A DNA stretch of 64,000 nucleotides, taken from the sequence record MK308675.1; one strand, given 5' to 3'. This document shows, piece by piece, positions 1-9,673 of this stretch. The position numbers and the translations under genes were made by a program. Numbering within the stretch: position 1 is the first letter of the stretch; every line of letters begins with the position of its first letter. Under the pieces are notes generated by a model. It saw only the letters and a program-made list of their open reading frames with translations, was not told the origin of the DNA and made no database searches.

Positions 1-225
1 GTTTTCAATCCATCGAAACATCCATTTACCTTCTCGAAACTCACACTGCATATTGTGGTATATGTCCCATACCTGCACGACTGTGCAGTCTTTCAAGAAA
101 CGTTCCATCCGAGGATATTGTTGAGCGTTTGTCGCAGCCTTCTTAGCCTCCGCTTTATGGACGTCGCGTGAGGTAATCGTCTTCCCTGCACACTTATCTT
201 TACTGCGGATAGTTCGTATACGCAT
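1..225 (-). CDS. hypothetical protein, partial (runs off window start)
   Basis: ATG at 225 with AAGGA SD upstream; open frame MRIRTIRSKDKC... to base 1 (read manually, not in ORF track). Confidence 0.7.
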   Translation of the reverse strand, partial: MRIRTIRSKDKCAGKTITSRDVHKAEAKKAATNAQQYPRMERFLKDCTVVQVWDIYHNMQCEFREGKWMFRWIEN

Positions 226-279
226 AAGGGTTTTCCTTAAAAGAAAAGACCAGAGGGGTTTCCTCCGGCCTGTTTGGGT

Positions 280-891
280 CTATAGTACGTAAAGGTTAGA
301 TAGGTCGGAGTTCGCACGTAGGCAAATGTGCTCTTTCCCGTCTTCTTTTACGTAGACTACGATATTGCAGAGTTGCTCTTCGGTTACGTTCAGTGCCAAA
401 GATGTTTCAGTACTGTCGTATAGAATAACTCCATGTTTGGTAGGTACCAAATTGTCATAGGGCGTCTCAATAAAAGGAGTATCCCATAGCTTAGAGAAAG
501 CCATTATGAGCTCATCCTGAAGAGACGCTACGACGTGGCCAAAACCACGGTCGTGAATGTTGTGCGACATGTAAAGGACAGACTTCCCTTCCTTTACGTG
601 AGCGCGGAACTTAAACTTAAGCGGCCATAGGTTCTTGTTCTGCAAGAGGTTCTGCATAGCAATTTCCAGATGAGTAGCCACATAAGGCAAGCTCAGTACT
701 TTACGGTCTATTTCAAAAAGGACCGTTGAAGACTCACTGACCTTATCCTTAGCCGCATGAATGATTTGCTTCGCCGTTACGTCATGCCTTAAGATGTTAC
801 GGGTTGCTTCATCGACGTATGTGAGCTTATCGCTAAGGTTCACAGTGGACGTCTGACAGTAAGGTTGCTTTTTACTTAGCATTATCTTCAT
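280..891 (-). CDS. hypothetical protein
   Basis: 203-aa ORF in tightly packed minus-strand operon; start may be 882. Confidence 0.75.
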   Translation of the reverse strand: MKIMLSKKQPYCQTSTVNLSDKLTYVDEATRNILRHDVTAKQIIHAAKDKVSESSTVLFEIDRKVLSLPYVATHLEIAMQNLLQNKNLWPLKFKFRAHVKEGKSVLYMSHNIHDRGFGHVVASLQDELIMAFSKLWDTPFIETPYDNLVPTKHGVILYDSTETSLALNVTEEQLCNIVVYVKEDGKEHICLRANSDLSNLYVL

Positions 892-1081
892 TCTCCATTA
901 CGTTAGAGATGCGCGTGAAGCTATCTGCGGTTAGACCTGCCTGTATCACTACAGAGTAAAGAGAAGGGCGCGGCGACATAACAGGCATGTTGCCTGAGTT
1001 CGCCATGTTTTCCCATGTTGCTAGTTCGCCCTTGTAGAAGTTAAGGGCGGACTGTTCTTTAGTCGTTAATGTTTGTTGCAT
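872..1081 (-). CDS. hypothetical protein
   Basis: 69-aa ORF overlapping both neighbours in operon fashion. Confidence 0.6.
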   Translation of the reverse strand: MQQTLTTKEQSALNFYKGELATWENMANSGNMPVMSPRPSLYSVVIQAGLTADSFTRISNVMENEDNAK

Positions 1082-1379
1082 CTTCCAAGCTCTTCCTTAG
1101 ATATTGTCCCACCAGGGAATCATTGTCTTTGCGGATTCTGGCACGTCTTTCCTCTTCCTCTTTTATTTCAGCTTGAGGAAGTTTTACTTTAATGTGCCAG
1201 TAATAAACCGGCCACACCAGGAAGGCATCGATAAAACCGATTACCCAAAAGATGCCGCCGCCTGTTACATGCGTTAGGCCTGAGAATAAACAGATAAGGC
1301 CTAACACAGTATAGATGAAGAGGAAGACCAGCATGTACTGGTCTAACAACTCTATCTCTTTTTCTATTCTCTTGGGCAT
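1059..1379 (-). CDS. small membrane protein (2 TM)
   Basis: two hydrophobic stretches followed by charged tail. Confidence 0.7.
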   Translation of the reverse strand: MPKRIEKEIELLDQYMLVFLFIYTVLGLICLFSGLTHVTGGGIFWVIGFIDAFLVWPVYYWHIKVKLPQAEIKEEEERRARIRKDNDSLVGQYLRKSLEDATNIND

Positions 1380-1684
1380 AAACCGATTAGCTCCAAACCG
1401 AGTTGCTTACAGATGAAAGCACCGCGTTCCCTAATCTGCACACAGGCGTAGGAACACTGCATTCTGGCTTCTTCCGGCGTATCCGCTATCTCTTCTAAAG
1501 CTAGCTTATGGACATAACTCTCGTACCACACCTTACCACGCAAAGCAGCAGTAGTCGTATCGCGTCGGTCAACTTCTTCTTCCCAGAACACGTACGGTAC
1601 CGCTACTTGCAAATAAGTAAGCACTAGAGAGACCAGAATAATTATCCAACCGAGGTCAGGATTATTTAGAAAAGAATCTATCAT
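1364..1684 (-). CDS. small membrane protein
   Basis: start moved to MIDSF (GAGGA SD upstream); one TM segment. Confidence 0.65.
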   Translation of the reverse strand: MIDSFLNNPDLGWIIILVSLVLTYLQVAVPYVFWEEEVDRRDTTTAALRGKVWYESYVHKLALEEIADTPEEARMQCSYACVQIRERGAFICKQLGLELIGLCPRE

Positions 1685-2474
1685 ACTCTTTGTCCTCTTT
1701 CTGCTTGTGTGCCAAGTTATCGAGCCAGAATAGCTCATGTTGAAGTTCACGGGTACCGCGTAGCCAGTGAATGCGCTCTAGGCCGTCATTGAACATTAGT
1801 CGGTCGACATCGATAAAGTAAGTAGTGCGGTCAGCATCTAAGACTTCATCGCCTACAGGCTCACGTGTCTCTTCCGTTACCACACAGTTACCAAAGACAT
1901 CGCGCAACATAATTGCCACACTGCCTTGCAGGATATGAGCAGACTTAATGTTGTTCTGCTCATCGCGCTGTACGTGGAAACCACGGTGGTCATTCACGCG
2001 TACTTTACCGCGAGGTTTCAGAGGACCACGTTCCAACGGGTTCGTGTAGTCTAAGAAAGGCGGAGTATCTTTACCTTTCTCGATAGTCCCTTTAACTTCA
2101 GCTAAGAAGTCTTCGTAGTCGGCCATGAAGTTAGCACCGCTTTCTTCCATCATGGATAGGATGAAGCGAGCGTCAACAACTATATTTACGTGGGCGCCGT
2201 CGCAGTTACAATCCTTAGCTTCCAGAGCAGAGTTAGTAATAGCCACGTTACGACTACGCAGAATATTGCGACCTGATGCCTTGACGTGGTTGTCGATTTC
2301 CGCCTTAGCTTCCTCTAGCTCTTCCAGGAGCTGACATAAGCCTCCCCATTCACGCTCGGCTGCTAGTTCTTCAGCTCGGGAGTCTAGTTGACCGCTCAAC
2401 CAAACATTGCTTTTACCGTTTAGATGACGGATACGGTCTTTTGTTTTAGCGATAAGTGCATTTAACTTTTCCAT
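1662..2474 (-). CDS. hypothetical protein
   Basis: 270-aa ORF, GAGG SD. Confidence 0.8.
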   Translation of the reverse strand: MEKLNALIAKTKDRIRHLNGKSNVWLSGQLDSRAEELAAEREWGGLCQLLEELEEAKAEIDNHVKASGRNILRSRNVAITNSALEAKDCNCDGAHVNIVVDARFILSMMEESGANFMADYEDFLAEVKGTIEKGKDTPPFLDYTNPLERGPLKPRGKVRVNDHRGFHVQRDEQNNIKSAHILQGSVAIMLRDVFGNCVVTEETREPVGDEVLDADRTTYFIDVDRLMFNDGLERIHWLRGTRELQHELFWLDNLAHKQKEDKEYDRFFSK

Positions 2475-2486
2475 GATGTACCTCTC

Positions 2487-3533
2487 TTACTTAGCTACTT
2501 TAAAGTTACCACGACGAACTTCCATGTACTTGCGTTGTTCGTCATTAGGTTCACAGAACCCAGTTAAAGGATAGTCGGCCTCATAGCGAGTAGATGAGTG
2601 GCCGCCATGTAAACGTTCAAAGCCCATACATTCCAAATGGTCCGAAATGAGCGTTTGGAAACCATGCCAATACACAAGCTTATTCTTATAAGTGTGTAAG
2701 GCACCGTTCTCTACAGCTTCAACGAAATCGCGGCGTAGTTTAACACGTGAACGCCAACGACTGTAGAAGTCTAATTCCAGACGACGTTTATCCGTTGGGC
2801 TCATGGTAGCTTCTTTTAGTAAGTCTGAGAAGCGACGCTCCAAACGGATGTACGTATCTAAGTCAGGATTCTCGAAGTGTTCAGTGGAGTGAGAGTGCAC
2901 TGCAAGACCTAAAGGAATTGTAAGTGGTCGTCCCCAACCGCGACAAATCTCTACTGGTTTTGCAGTAGCTACATATTCGCGTAAGCGCTCAACGATAGCA
3001 CGCTTAGCCAGTTTGTAGTCGTGGCGAGCGATAGGAATTGAAATGCGTTCCCATTCGCCGTTCTCTAGAACAACCATACCTGCCCCTGTTTCTTTCTGGA
3101 AGATGGAAACAGTATGGTTTTCTTCGTAACAGCCTTCGCCGTCATAGAACGTGTTGTCATGAATGGCAAAAGCTAGGTCATGGCCTTTCAAGTAGTCGTC
3201 TAATCCGACAGCAGTTCGTGCAATTGGCGTGAACTCTTTCCCGGCTTGGAAGTCTAGCCATTGTTTCTCAGCTACACCTTCAAACTTAAAGTAGTACATT
3301 CCCAAAGGACGAATATGGCCAGGATTAACTTTAATGGTGCGACCGCCGTGTAGCTCCATACGTAGAAGAGTACGGTTCTCTAGGTTAGCGCTCCATTCAC
3401 CGAACACTAACAGACTATCGATTTTAAACGTGCCTTCCTGCCAAATCTGAAGGTAGACGGTAACATTGGTTTGAGAAAGGAAGCGCAGGACTTCCGGTAC
3501 GCTTTGCTCATCGAGCATAATAGAAGTTGACAT
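2487..3533 (-). CDS. hypothetical protein
   Basis: 348-aa ORF, GAGG SD. Confidence 0.8.
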   Translation of the reverse strand: MSTSIMLDEQSVPEVLRFLSQTNVTVYLQIWQEGTFKIDSLLVFGEWSANLENRTLLRMELHGGRTIKVNPGHIRPLGMYYFKFEGVAEKQWLDFQAGKEFTPIARTAVGLDDYLKGHDLAFAIHDNTFYDGEGCYEENHTVSIFQKETGAGMVVLENGEWERISIPIARHDYKLAKRAIVERLREYVATAKPVEICRGWGRPLTIPLGLAVHSHSTEHFENPDLDTYIRLERRFSDLLKEATMSPTDKRRLELDFYSRWRSRVKLRRDFVEAVENGALHTYKNKLVYWHGFQTLISDHLECMGFERLHGGHSSTRYEADYPLTGFCEPNDEQRKYMEVRRGNFKVAK

Positions 3534-3544
3534 AGTGACCTCTT

Positions 3545-4015
3545 TTATTTAAGGAATGTTTGAAGCGACTTGGCGATGATGTTGATTTCGTCCATGTCTA
3601 AAGGTACCTTCCAAGACTCACAGATAGGCTCAAGGTTATTGTAGATGATTGCGGCTTCACCCTCAAGGTCTTGGTAGACAAAGTCATGAGCGTGGCCGTA
3701 CTTATCGTCTTCATCCCAACGCTTTTCCCACGATGCTCCGTCTTCATCTAGGCCGTAGATATCGAAACGGTTATTATCCAGATAGACAACCACATGAGAA
3801 AGAACCTTCTCGAAAAGTTCTCCGTCTTCGTCTTTCTCTTCACGGTAGATGATGGAAATGGATGCATCGTGTCGCTCGTTTAGAGCACAAAGTCTAACCA
3901 GTGCCATTGCAAACTCGGCACAGTGACCTGAAGAGAAATGTTCTTCTAGGTCCGAATCTTCACCTGCTTTATAGTCGCAGATACAAGCATTTAGACGTTC
4001 ACTGAAAGTAGCCAT
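3545..4015 (-). CDS. hypothetical protein, possible papain/transglutaminase-like fold
   Basis: G-H-C-x-x-F-A-x-A-L ... H-V-V-V ... D-I-Y-G pattern suggests a Cys-His-Asp triad. Confidence 0.5.
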   Translation of the reverse strand: MATFSERLNACICDYKAGEDSDLEEHFSSGHCAEFAMALVRLCALNERHDASISIIYREEKDEDGELFEKVLSHVVVYLDNNRFDIYGLDEDGASWEKRWDEDDKYGHAHDFVYQDLEGEAAIIYNNLEPICESWKVPLDMDEINIIAKSLQTFLK

Positions 4016-4016
4016 A

Positions 4017-4466
4017 TTAACCTCGGTCTTCCACTTCTAGACTACGATAAAGAATTTCACGACCACAGCCTTCATTGTCAGAGTTCTCTCCGGATAGCAG
4101 AAAGCCCGATTCATTGAAGACTTTAATCTCCTGATGCCAGTCTGGTTTTGTATCCTTTACAAGAATTGACTTGGTGATATTCTCTTTGGCGTCGATGAGG
4201 AGTTCTCGGTACATGTCGCCATCGCTCGCTAATGCGAAAGTGATGCGAGTTTCCTCGGTAGACGTTTCCCAGTTAATCTGGATTACTTTAGACATTAGTG
4301 TCTGGTTCTTAAGGCGACCTACGTTGTAAGTGGCGCCTAAGAATTCTTCCATCGTTGCTGAACCCAGGACACTCTCGACCAACAGTAGGTCGTATTGGTC
4401 AAACCCAATGAGGTTAGCGAAAGCGTAGATTGCAGATGATGGTACTTTTGAAGTTGGAGTTAACAT
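4017..4466 (-). CDS. hypothetical protein
   Basis: 149-aa ORF, AAGGA SD. Confidence 0.8.
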   Translation of the reverse strand: MLTPTSKVPSSAIYAFANLIGFDQYDLLLVESVLGSATMEEFLGATYNVGRLKNQTLMSKVIQINWETSTEETRITFALASDGDMYRELLIDAKENITKSILVKDTKPDWHQEIKVFNESGFLLSGENSDNEGCGREILYRSLEVEDRG

Positions 4467-4628
4467 CGGTTATTTCCTTTTAAGTTAAAATGGTTAAGCA
4501 TCGGCTTAACAGAGAAAAGGGAGGTACTAGCGATATGCGTTCCCTCCCGATTTTATTTAAATGGCTCTTACTAATACTATGCTAGGAACTAGTGGCCTAA
4601 CCGTGTTTACGGCAGACCACTAACTTCT

Positions 4629-4835
4629 TTATAGTCTGTTTAACCAGTACCACAATAGGAGATAACCTACTGTGGGCAGGATAACGCCAGAACTAATGGC
4701 AGCTACGCCGACCGACTTTGCAAAGAAGCCGGAAAGCTGGATAATCTCGAAGCCGTGGATGACCTGAGTTAATCCTTTATATAGCCACCAAAAGAACTGG
4801 ACAAACAGAGTTAAAGATTTACCGAGCATACGCAT
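4629..4835 (-). CDS. small membrane protein
   Basis: hydrophobic; AGGAG SD at 4843-4847 places the start at 4835. Confidence 0.6.
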   Translation of the reverse strand: MRMLGKSLTLFVQFFWWLYKGLTQVIHGFEIIQLSGFFAKSVGVAAISSGVILPTVGYLLLWYWLNRL

Positions 4836-4924
4836 CAGAAATCTCCTCATCAGGAGTAAGCCCTCGCCCTAAGGACGCTCGAACGTCCTTAGGGCATTCT
4901 GCTTTTTATCTAAAGCATCGGTAT

Positions 4925-4937
4925 GGTAATATAGGTT
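4925..4937 (-). promoter_or_regulatory. early-type phage promoter motif (AACCTATATTACC)
   Basis: identical 13-mer at 47079-47091, variants at 37430, 50545, 59762; all upstream of minus-strand genes; contains the TATTAC core reported for phiKZ early promoters. Confidence 0.6.
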
Positions 4938-4950
4938 TTATTTTTAACTG

Positions 4951-4960
4951 AATCTTATGA
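4951..4960 (+). promoter_or_regulatory. late-type promoter motif AATCTTATGA
   Basis: recurs before structural and lysis genes; contains TATG as in phiKZ late promoters. Confidence 0.55.
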
Positions 4961-4988
4961 CTTGTTAACCATTACAGGAAATATAACA

Positions 4989-5717
4989 ATGCAAAACGGT
5001 TTCAAACATCGCTCAATGGCGTACTGGCGTCAGGTGAGTAAGGGATTAAGTGCAGGCGCTCTAGTTGGTGCCGATGCTAATGACCTGCCAGGTGGCGCAG
5101 TGCATCCAATCGATGAATTAATGCGACCGCTTACAGGTAACGTGGAAATTGCAGGTTGGAAGATGGAAGGCACCGAGCCTCAAGAGAATACGCTATCGTA
5201 CTCTCTGGCTACAGCTAACACCATCGAAGATTCGCTAGCAAACATCGACATCGAGTTCGACCCAGCTGAATTCGTACCAGGTCAGTTACTACGCTGGCGC
5301 ATGGGTTTCTCCATCGAACCGGACGACCTTAAGCGCGTTACGACATCGCATCTAGTGTGGGGACTAGGGCAGACCAACAGTAAGGCCGATGGTGGCTGGA
5401 CTATCGTATGTGAAAACGAGGTCTTAGACTGTGTAGTGGATGTCATCTTTGAGATGCGCACCGACGGCGCGGATAACTACAGTTTCCGTGTCTTCGACTA
5501 CAGCATCCAGGCAGGTGCCTTCAACGGTAAGCTACCTGAAATTGAATTCAACGTTCGCGGCGGTGGTCTGCGCGACCTTGACTCTAAGGCAAACCTTACT
5601 ATGGGCCTTAATGTCGAAGCCCCGGAGACTGGCGCCCTAAACGTTAAGTTTACCCAACACTTCATCGAACTGGATACAGTCGAGAAGATGCAAGAAGCAG
5701 CACTAGCTCTTCTTTAA
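4989..5717 (+). CDS. hypothetical protein, probably late/structural
   Basis: AGGA SD before ATG 4989; preceded by late motif, followed by terminator. Confidence 0.75.
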   Translation: MQNGFKHRSMAYWRQVSKGLSAGALVGADANDLPGGAVHPIDELMRPLTGNVEIAGWKMEGTEPQENTLSYSLATANTIEDSLANIDIEFDPAEFVPGQLLRWRMGFSIEPDDLKRVTTSHLVWGLGQTNSKADGGWTIVCENEVLDCVVDVIFEMRTDGADNYSFRVFDYSIQAGAFNGKLPEIEFNVRGGGLRDLDSKANLTMGLNVEAPETGALNVKFTQHFIELDTVEKMQEAALALL

Positions 5718-5719
5718 AA

Positions 5720-5758
5720 GACTCCCTCTCTATCTTCGGATAGGGAGGGGTCCTTTTT
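5720..5758 (+). terminator. intrinsic terminator
   Basis: GC stem with TTCG loop followed by T run. Confidence 0.8.
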
Positions 5759-5799
5759 AACCGCCTATTGAAATCTCATAGCTAAATAGGAGAACCATT

Positions 5800-6282
5800 G
5801 TGGATTTAAAAAACTTAAAAGACCTCAAGAACATTCAGGAGGTCCCCTGGAAAGGAGACGGGCGTTCCCGCTTCTTCCGCAAGATACCATGTGTGATGTT
5901 GAATCGCCATTCGTGGGTTTTTGATACCAAGAAGCTAGACTCCAACCAGAAAGCCTTTACGTACACTTACTGTCAGCACTGCGGCATTCCGCATATCGTC
6001 TTTTCTAAGAAGTTGCAGAACGTTGCACTGCCTGCGACACAATGTCACATTACAGCCATCGAACCCAAGACAGGTTATGCTTTTAATCTTAAAGTGCTAG
6101 ATGTAAACTATGATACTGGAGTAGGTTTGGTTAAGGTGTGGCGCGGTAACGCTTATTCTAAAGAGCGCTTTATCCAGCTCTACAATCTAAGAGACTGGAG
6201 CTACGTACACGACGATTTCCTAAACTTGCGTAATTGGGAAATCGAAAGAGAAATCGAACTACTGAGGGAACGCAACGCATGA
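5800..6282 (+). CDS. hypothetical protein
   Basis: AGGAG SD, GTG start; late-like motif AATCTCATAG at 5772. Confidence 0.75.
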   Translation: MDLKNLKDLKNIQEVPWKGDGRSRFFRKIPCVMLNRHSWVFDTKKLDSNQKAFTYTYCQHCGIPHIVFSKKLQNVALPATQCHITAIEPKTGYAFNLKVLDVNYDTGVGLVKVWRGNAYSKERFIQLYNLRDWSYVHDDFLNLRNWEIEREIELLRERNA

Positions 6283-6953
6283 TTCAAGTAGACTTCTGTA
6301 AACTGCTAGACTCACGAGAGCTAGGTCGCTTCACGGACGCCGAAGGTCTTTTCGACCATTTTAACAAGGCCTCCGACGAACGTAAAAAGATTCTGACTTT
6401 CCTTAAAAGCATTGAGACGGCCGAACGATACTCGCTGGAGAAGGTTCACTTTAACGATGCCTTGTTGTTCCTTGGTTCTGTTGAGGAGACGGAAAAGGTG
6501 GACCTGGCTTGGCTTAAGGTACATCGCCCGATTCTTGAAACGGGTAGTAACTTTAAGGTACTCATCGTGCGCGTTAAAGGTGAGACAGTATGGTCCGTGT
6601 ACGGACTCGACGTACCTACTTTTGACGGGTACCTTAGAAAAAGCCGCACGGGGCTAGACGCGGATAAGTTTATGTCTGCGGTAGACCTATTAAGAATAGC
6701 CGATGAAGACCGAGCATGTCTAGAACTTCGCGACTATTACGAAAACACTTCCAGTAAAGACATCGGTGACGATATCGTCTTTACTACGGAAAGAGACATC
6801 GTAAAAACTCTAAAAATCTGGTATCGCTCAGATGCCATTCTCACGGTAAGCCCTGCCACGCTTAAATGGATTACGGACGCTATTGACTTTATGCTCAAGG
6901 TTCCGCAACGCCAGCCTATTGGCGATGATAACTTAATGGAGCGTCTAAAATGA
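6279..6953 (+). CDS. hypothetical protein
   Basis: ATGA overlap with upstream stop places start at 6279. Confidence 0.75.
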   Translation: MIQVDFCKLLDSRELGRFTDAEGLFDHFNKASDERKKILTFLKSIETAERYSLEKVHFNDALLFLGSVEETEKVDLAWLKVHRPILETGSNFKVLIVRVKGETVWSVYGLDVPTFDGYLRKSRTGLDADKFMSAVDLLRIADEDRACLELRDYYENTSSKDIGDDIVFTTERDIVKTLKIWYRSDAILTVSPATLKWITDAIDFMLKVPQRQPIGDDNLMERLK

Positions 6954-7480
6954 AAATAGTTAAAGCAGGACAGTATGTTCTTTCGGACGGTAAGACCGTA
7001 AAAGACGAGGTTTACATTCGCTTCGAAACCGGCGAAGGCGAACAGGTGGAGTTTACGCCAAGGGCAATGGCCCCAATCTTAGCTGCCGCTATTGGCCAGG
7101 GCATCGCTGCCGACGTCAAGTTCTTCAAGCCCTATCTGAAACGCCTAATAAAGAACATTCGAGCGAACATGACTGAGCCAGACAGAATGTTCTCCGAATG
7201 CGAATATACGGACCTAGTAGGCATTCCGGACTTCAAATGTGAAGTAAAGGCAGTCATGGTTCAAGACAAGCTGAACATAAAGCTAGAGACTCTTACAGGT
7301 TGGGAGTCAGAGCAGACGGCACCGAATGTGGTTAATCTATACAACGATGATTTACTCTTCGACCCTGAGAACTTCGGCAACAAGAACAGCATTGTTGTGG
7401 GCGGCGACATCTTAGGTAGCGTGACTTACATCCTACATACTAAAAGGGAACAAGTATGCGACATCCAACCTCAAAAATAG
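6950..7480 (+). CDS. hypothetical protein
   Basis: ATGA overlap, 176 aa. Confidence 0.75.
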   Translation: MKIVKAGQYVLSDGKTVKDEVYIRFETGEGEQVEFTPRAMAPILAAAIGQGIAADVKFFKPYLKRLIKNIRANMTEPDRMFSECEYTDLVGIPDFKCEVKAVMVQDKLNIKLETLTGWESEQTAPNVVNLYNDDLLFDPENFGNKNSIVVGGDILGSVTYILHTKREQVCDIQPQK

Positions 7481-8238
7481 AAACCATAGACGAGCTAGTA
7501 CAGGCTATCTATACTGCTACTCATGTTTTCTACGCGCCGTCGCTACCTGACGTCTATCGCGTCTCCAGTACGTATTCAGTAAACGGCGATACTATTACGA
7601 TGACTGGCTACCATTCCAATACTGGAGAGGCACACCAGTTAGTGTTTGAGTTAGGCCATCTGAAAGATTGGGAGTTCTTCGACGTGAAGGATTCTAAGAT
7701 TTCTAACGGGATGTCCTGTGCTGACTCTAAGGCTCTTTTCCAACCTCTGAATACCGCCGACAGAAAAGAAGGACATTGGCCATGTCGCGTATTCGCAATT
7801 ACGTTATATCAGTTACTCAAACAAGGCTTTGACTTAGAAGGACACTTTGCTTTCCATCCGGTGCAACGCCGTATGTATGAGTTCCGATGTAAGGAGGAAG
7901 AATACTTCTTCTACAATAAGGACTGCGTTCGCTGTAAGTCAGAGAAGAAGATTTGGCAGATGCGTCTAGCAGGAGCGTCCACAGAGTGGGCTACAATCGA
8001 CCCATTGCTAAACTTCGATACATTTGTCATGGTAGACCGAGATGCCTTTAAGGAGGGCGCTGAGGTCGTTCTAGGGACATCGGTAGAATTCATGTCTCAG
8101 TTCCAACCGTGCCTGTCGGAAGGTAAAGGGCACATTGGCAACATGGGCATGGTAGATTTCTATGTAGCAACTGACTTGTTTGATGTTTTCAAAGTAGGTG
8201 AGGTTATACATGTCGACTCTGAAGGATTTATTTCTTAA
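7456..8238 (+). CDS. hypothetical protein
   Basis: 260-aa ORF in operon. Confidence 0.75.
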   Translation: MRHPTSKIETIDELVQAIYTATHVFYAPSLPDVYRVSSTYSVNGDTITMTGYHSNTGEAHQLVFELGHLKDWEFFDVKDSKISNGMSCADSKALFQPLNTADRKEGHWPCRVFAITLYQLLKQGFDLEGHFAFHPVQRRMYEFRCKEEEYFFYNKDCVRCKSEKKIWQMRLAGASTEWATIDPLLNFDTFVMVDRDAFKEGAEVVLGTSVEFMSQFQPCLSEGKGHIGNMGMVDFYVATDLFDVFKVGEVIHVDSEGFIS

Positions 8239-8873
8239 GTGGGCTGGCATTGGTAGTAGGGAAACTCCTGAGTGGGTCTTCCCTCTTTTCATTGCCATTG
8301 GCTGGCATATGGCTAGCCTGAAATGTAAACTCTTTAGTGGAGGCGCTCCGGGGCCAGACACTGAGTTCGAACGTGGAACGATTCGTTTCATGCGCGATAA
8401 TAATGTTCGTAATCTTATGGAGATTTGGTTACCATGGCGTACCTTCGGGAAGCGTAAGGGAATCGACGGAAATCACTACAAGGTTCTAGATAAGCCCGAC
8501 TATGATTTCGCTCGGCATATTCTGAATGATTCCGGTGTTTGTGTAAACCCATGGTTCGTTAAGATGGGCCAAGCAATACAAAAGCTTTTTGCCAGGAATG
8601 TATACCAAATCCTTACAGGAGACTGGTCTAAAGTGGACCTGGTCATTTACTATGCCAAAGAGAACAGAGAGAAGGGAACCGTTGGTGGCGAGAACTCGTA
8701 TCGCAGTTTACCTAGCGCGCCATTTAGACATCCCGACTTATAACCTGGCTATCCGAGAAGACAGGGATAAGCTCTTTGACCTCATTGGGTTTAGGAGGGC
8801 AGATTATGCCGAAGCCAATGAAGTTATCACTCAACTTGACAATGGCAGGGAGCCGTTTGCTGACGCAGCATGA
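8210..8873 (+). pseudogene. SLOG/DprA-like phage protein interrupted by a +1 frameshift near 8691
   Basis: AGIGSRETP, SGGAPG-x-DTEFERG, LPW-x-x-F, KL-x-ARN-x-x-QIL motifs in ORF 8198-8743; expected C-terminal GGT...IP-x-x-NL continues in the frame of ORF 8589-8873. Confidence 0.65.
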
Positions 8874-9135
8874 CGGCATTGTCGTTGGGGCCCAGCATTT
8901 GGGCCAAGTTAAAGTAGTGCCGAAAGTCGTAGAAGTAAAGGTGAGTCCTGTTCAGGATTTTAGTTACACATTTTGGAAGAACGTCTTCTCTCGTAGAAGA
9001 AAGCAGCTAAGATGTTTACGACGTTTGGAAGTAAAAGGTTTAAATGACGGTGGTGCGAAAGCATTGGCCTGCGCTCTTAGAGATTTACATATCCAGCCGG
9101 AGACAATAGTCTTTGACGGTGTGCTCGTGAACTAA
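8806..9135 (+). CDS. hypothetical protein
   Basis: AGGAGG SD 7-8 nt before ATG 8806. Confidence 0.55.
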   Translation: MPKPMKLSLNLTMAGSRLLTQHDGIVVGAQHLGQVKVVPKVVEVKVSPVQDFSYTFWKNVFSRRRKQLRCLRRLEVKGLNDGGAKALACALRDLHIQPETIVFDGVLVN

Positions 9136-9184
9136 TCTATCATAACTTACTCTCTCAGCGAATATGCTGAGAGAGGAGTTATTT

Positions 9185-9673
9185 ATGTTAGCTGAAATTG
9201 AAAAACATGTTGTTTATCTCAGTCCGACCGGCATTCGCTTTGTCGTAACTGACTTTGCATGGCATGCTCAGGACTGCAGTATCCGAATGGTTAACTATAC
9301 CAATATCGAGCCGACTCACGATAAACCTGCCTTTACTAAGTGGGTAATTGAAGAGTCATTATTCCTAAAGCAGTTCAGTGAGCCAGAAGGACCGACCCAA
9401 ATCTATCCTTGGTGCAAATCGCCTCGTCTTAGCGAAAGAGACGAGCAAATCCGCGAGAGCTTAATCTTCGGGGACTGGCATGTGTCGCCTGCCCGAACGG
9501 TCTTTGACCCTAAAACAATGAGAGAGGGGCCTGACGATGTTCACCCTAAAGAGTTATCTCGACGCCTTGGGCAAGCACAGGAAGTATCGTCCGTTGCCAA
9601 AGAGCCTAAAAGGCAGACATTACGCCGTGTACGCACGGGCTTTAAACTCGTTCCCTCAGCGAGAAAGTTTTAA
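9185..9673 (+). CDS. DUF1653-like domain protein
   Basis: Y-x-S-P-x-G-x-x-F-x-V...A-x-H-x-QD...MV-x-Y...W...F pattern; GAGGAG SD. Confidence 0.5.
   Translation: MLAEIEKHVVYLSPTGIRFVVTDFAWHAQDCSIRMVNYTNIEPTHDKPAFTKWVIEESLFLKQFSEPEGPTQIYPWCKSPRLSERDEQIRESLIFGDWHVSPARTVFDPKTMREGPDDVHPKELSRRLGQAQEVSSVAKEPKRQTLRRVRTGFKLVPSARKF

Noticed and set aside
4467-4628. Three hairpins in an intergenic gap as tRNA or ncRNA
   Set aside because: No cloverleaf, T-loop or CCA; consistent with a terminator plus leader hairpins, with no second copy to show covariation.
9537-9673. 137-bp overlap between the DUF1653-like ORF and the next gene
   Set aside because: The overlapping tail has no recognisable features; most simply a run-on after stop loss.
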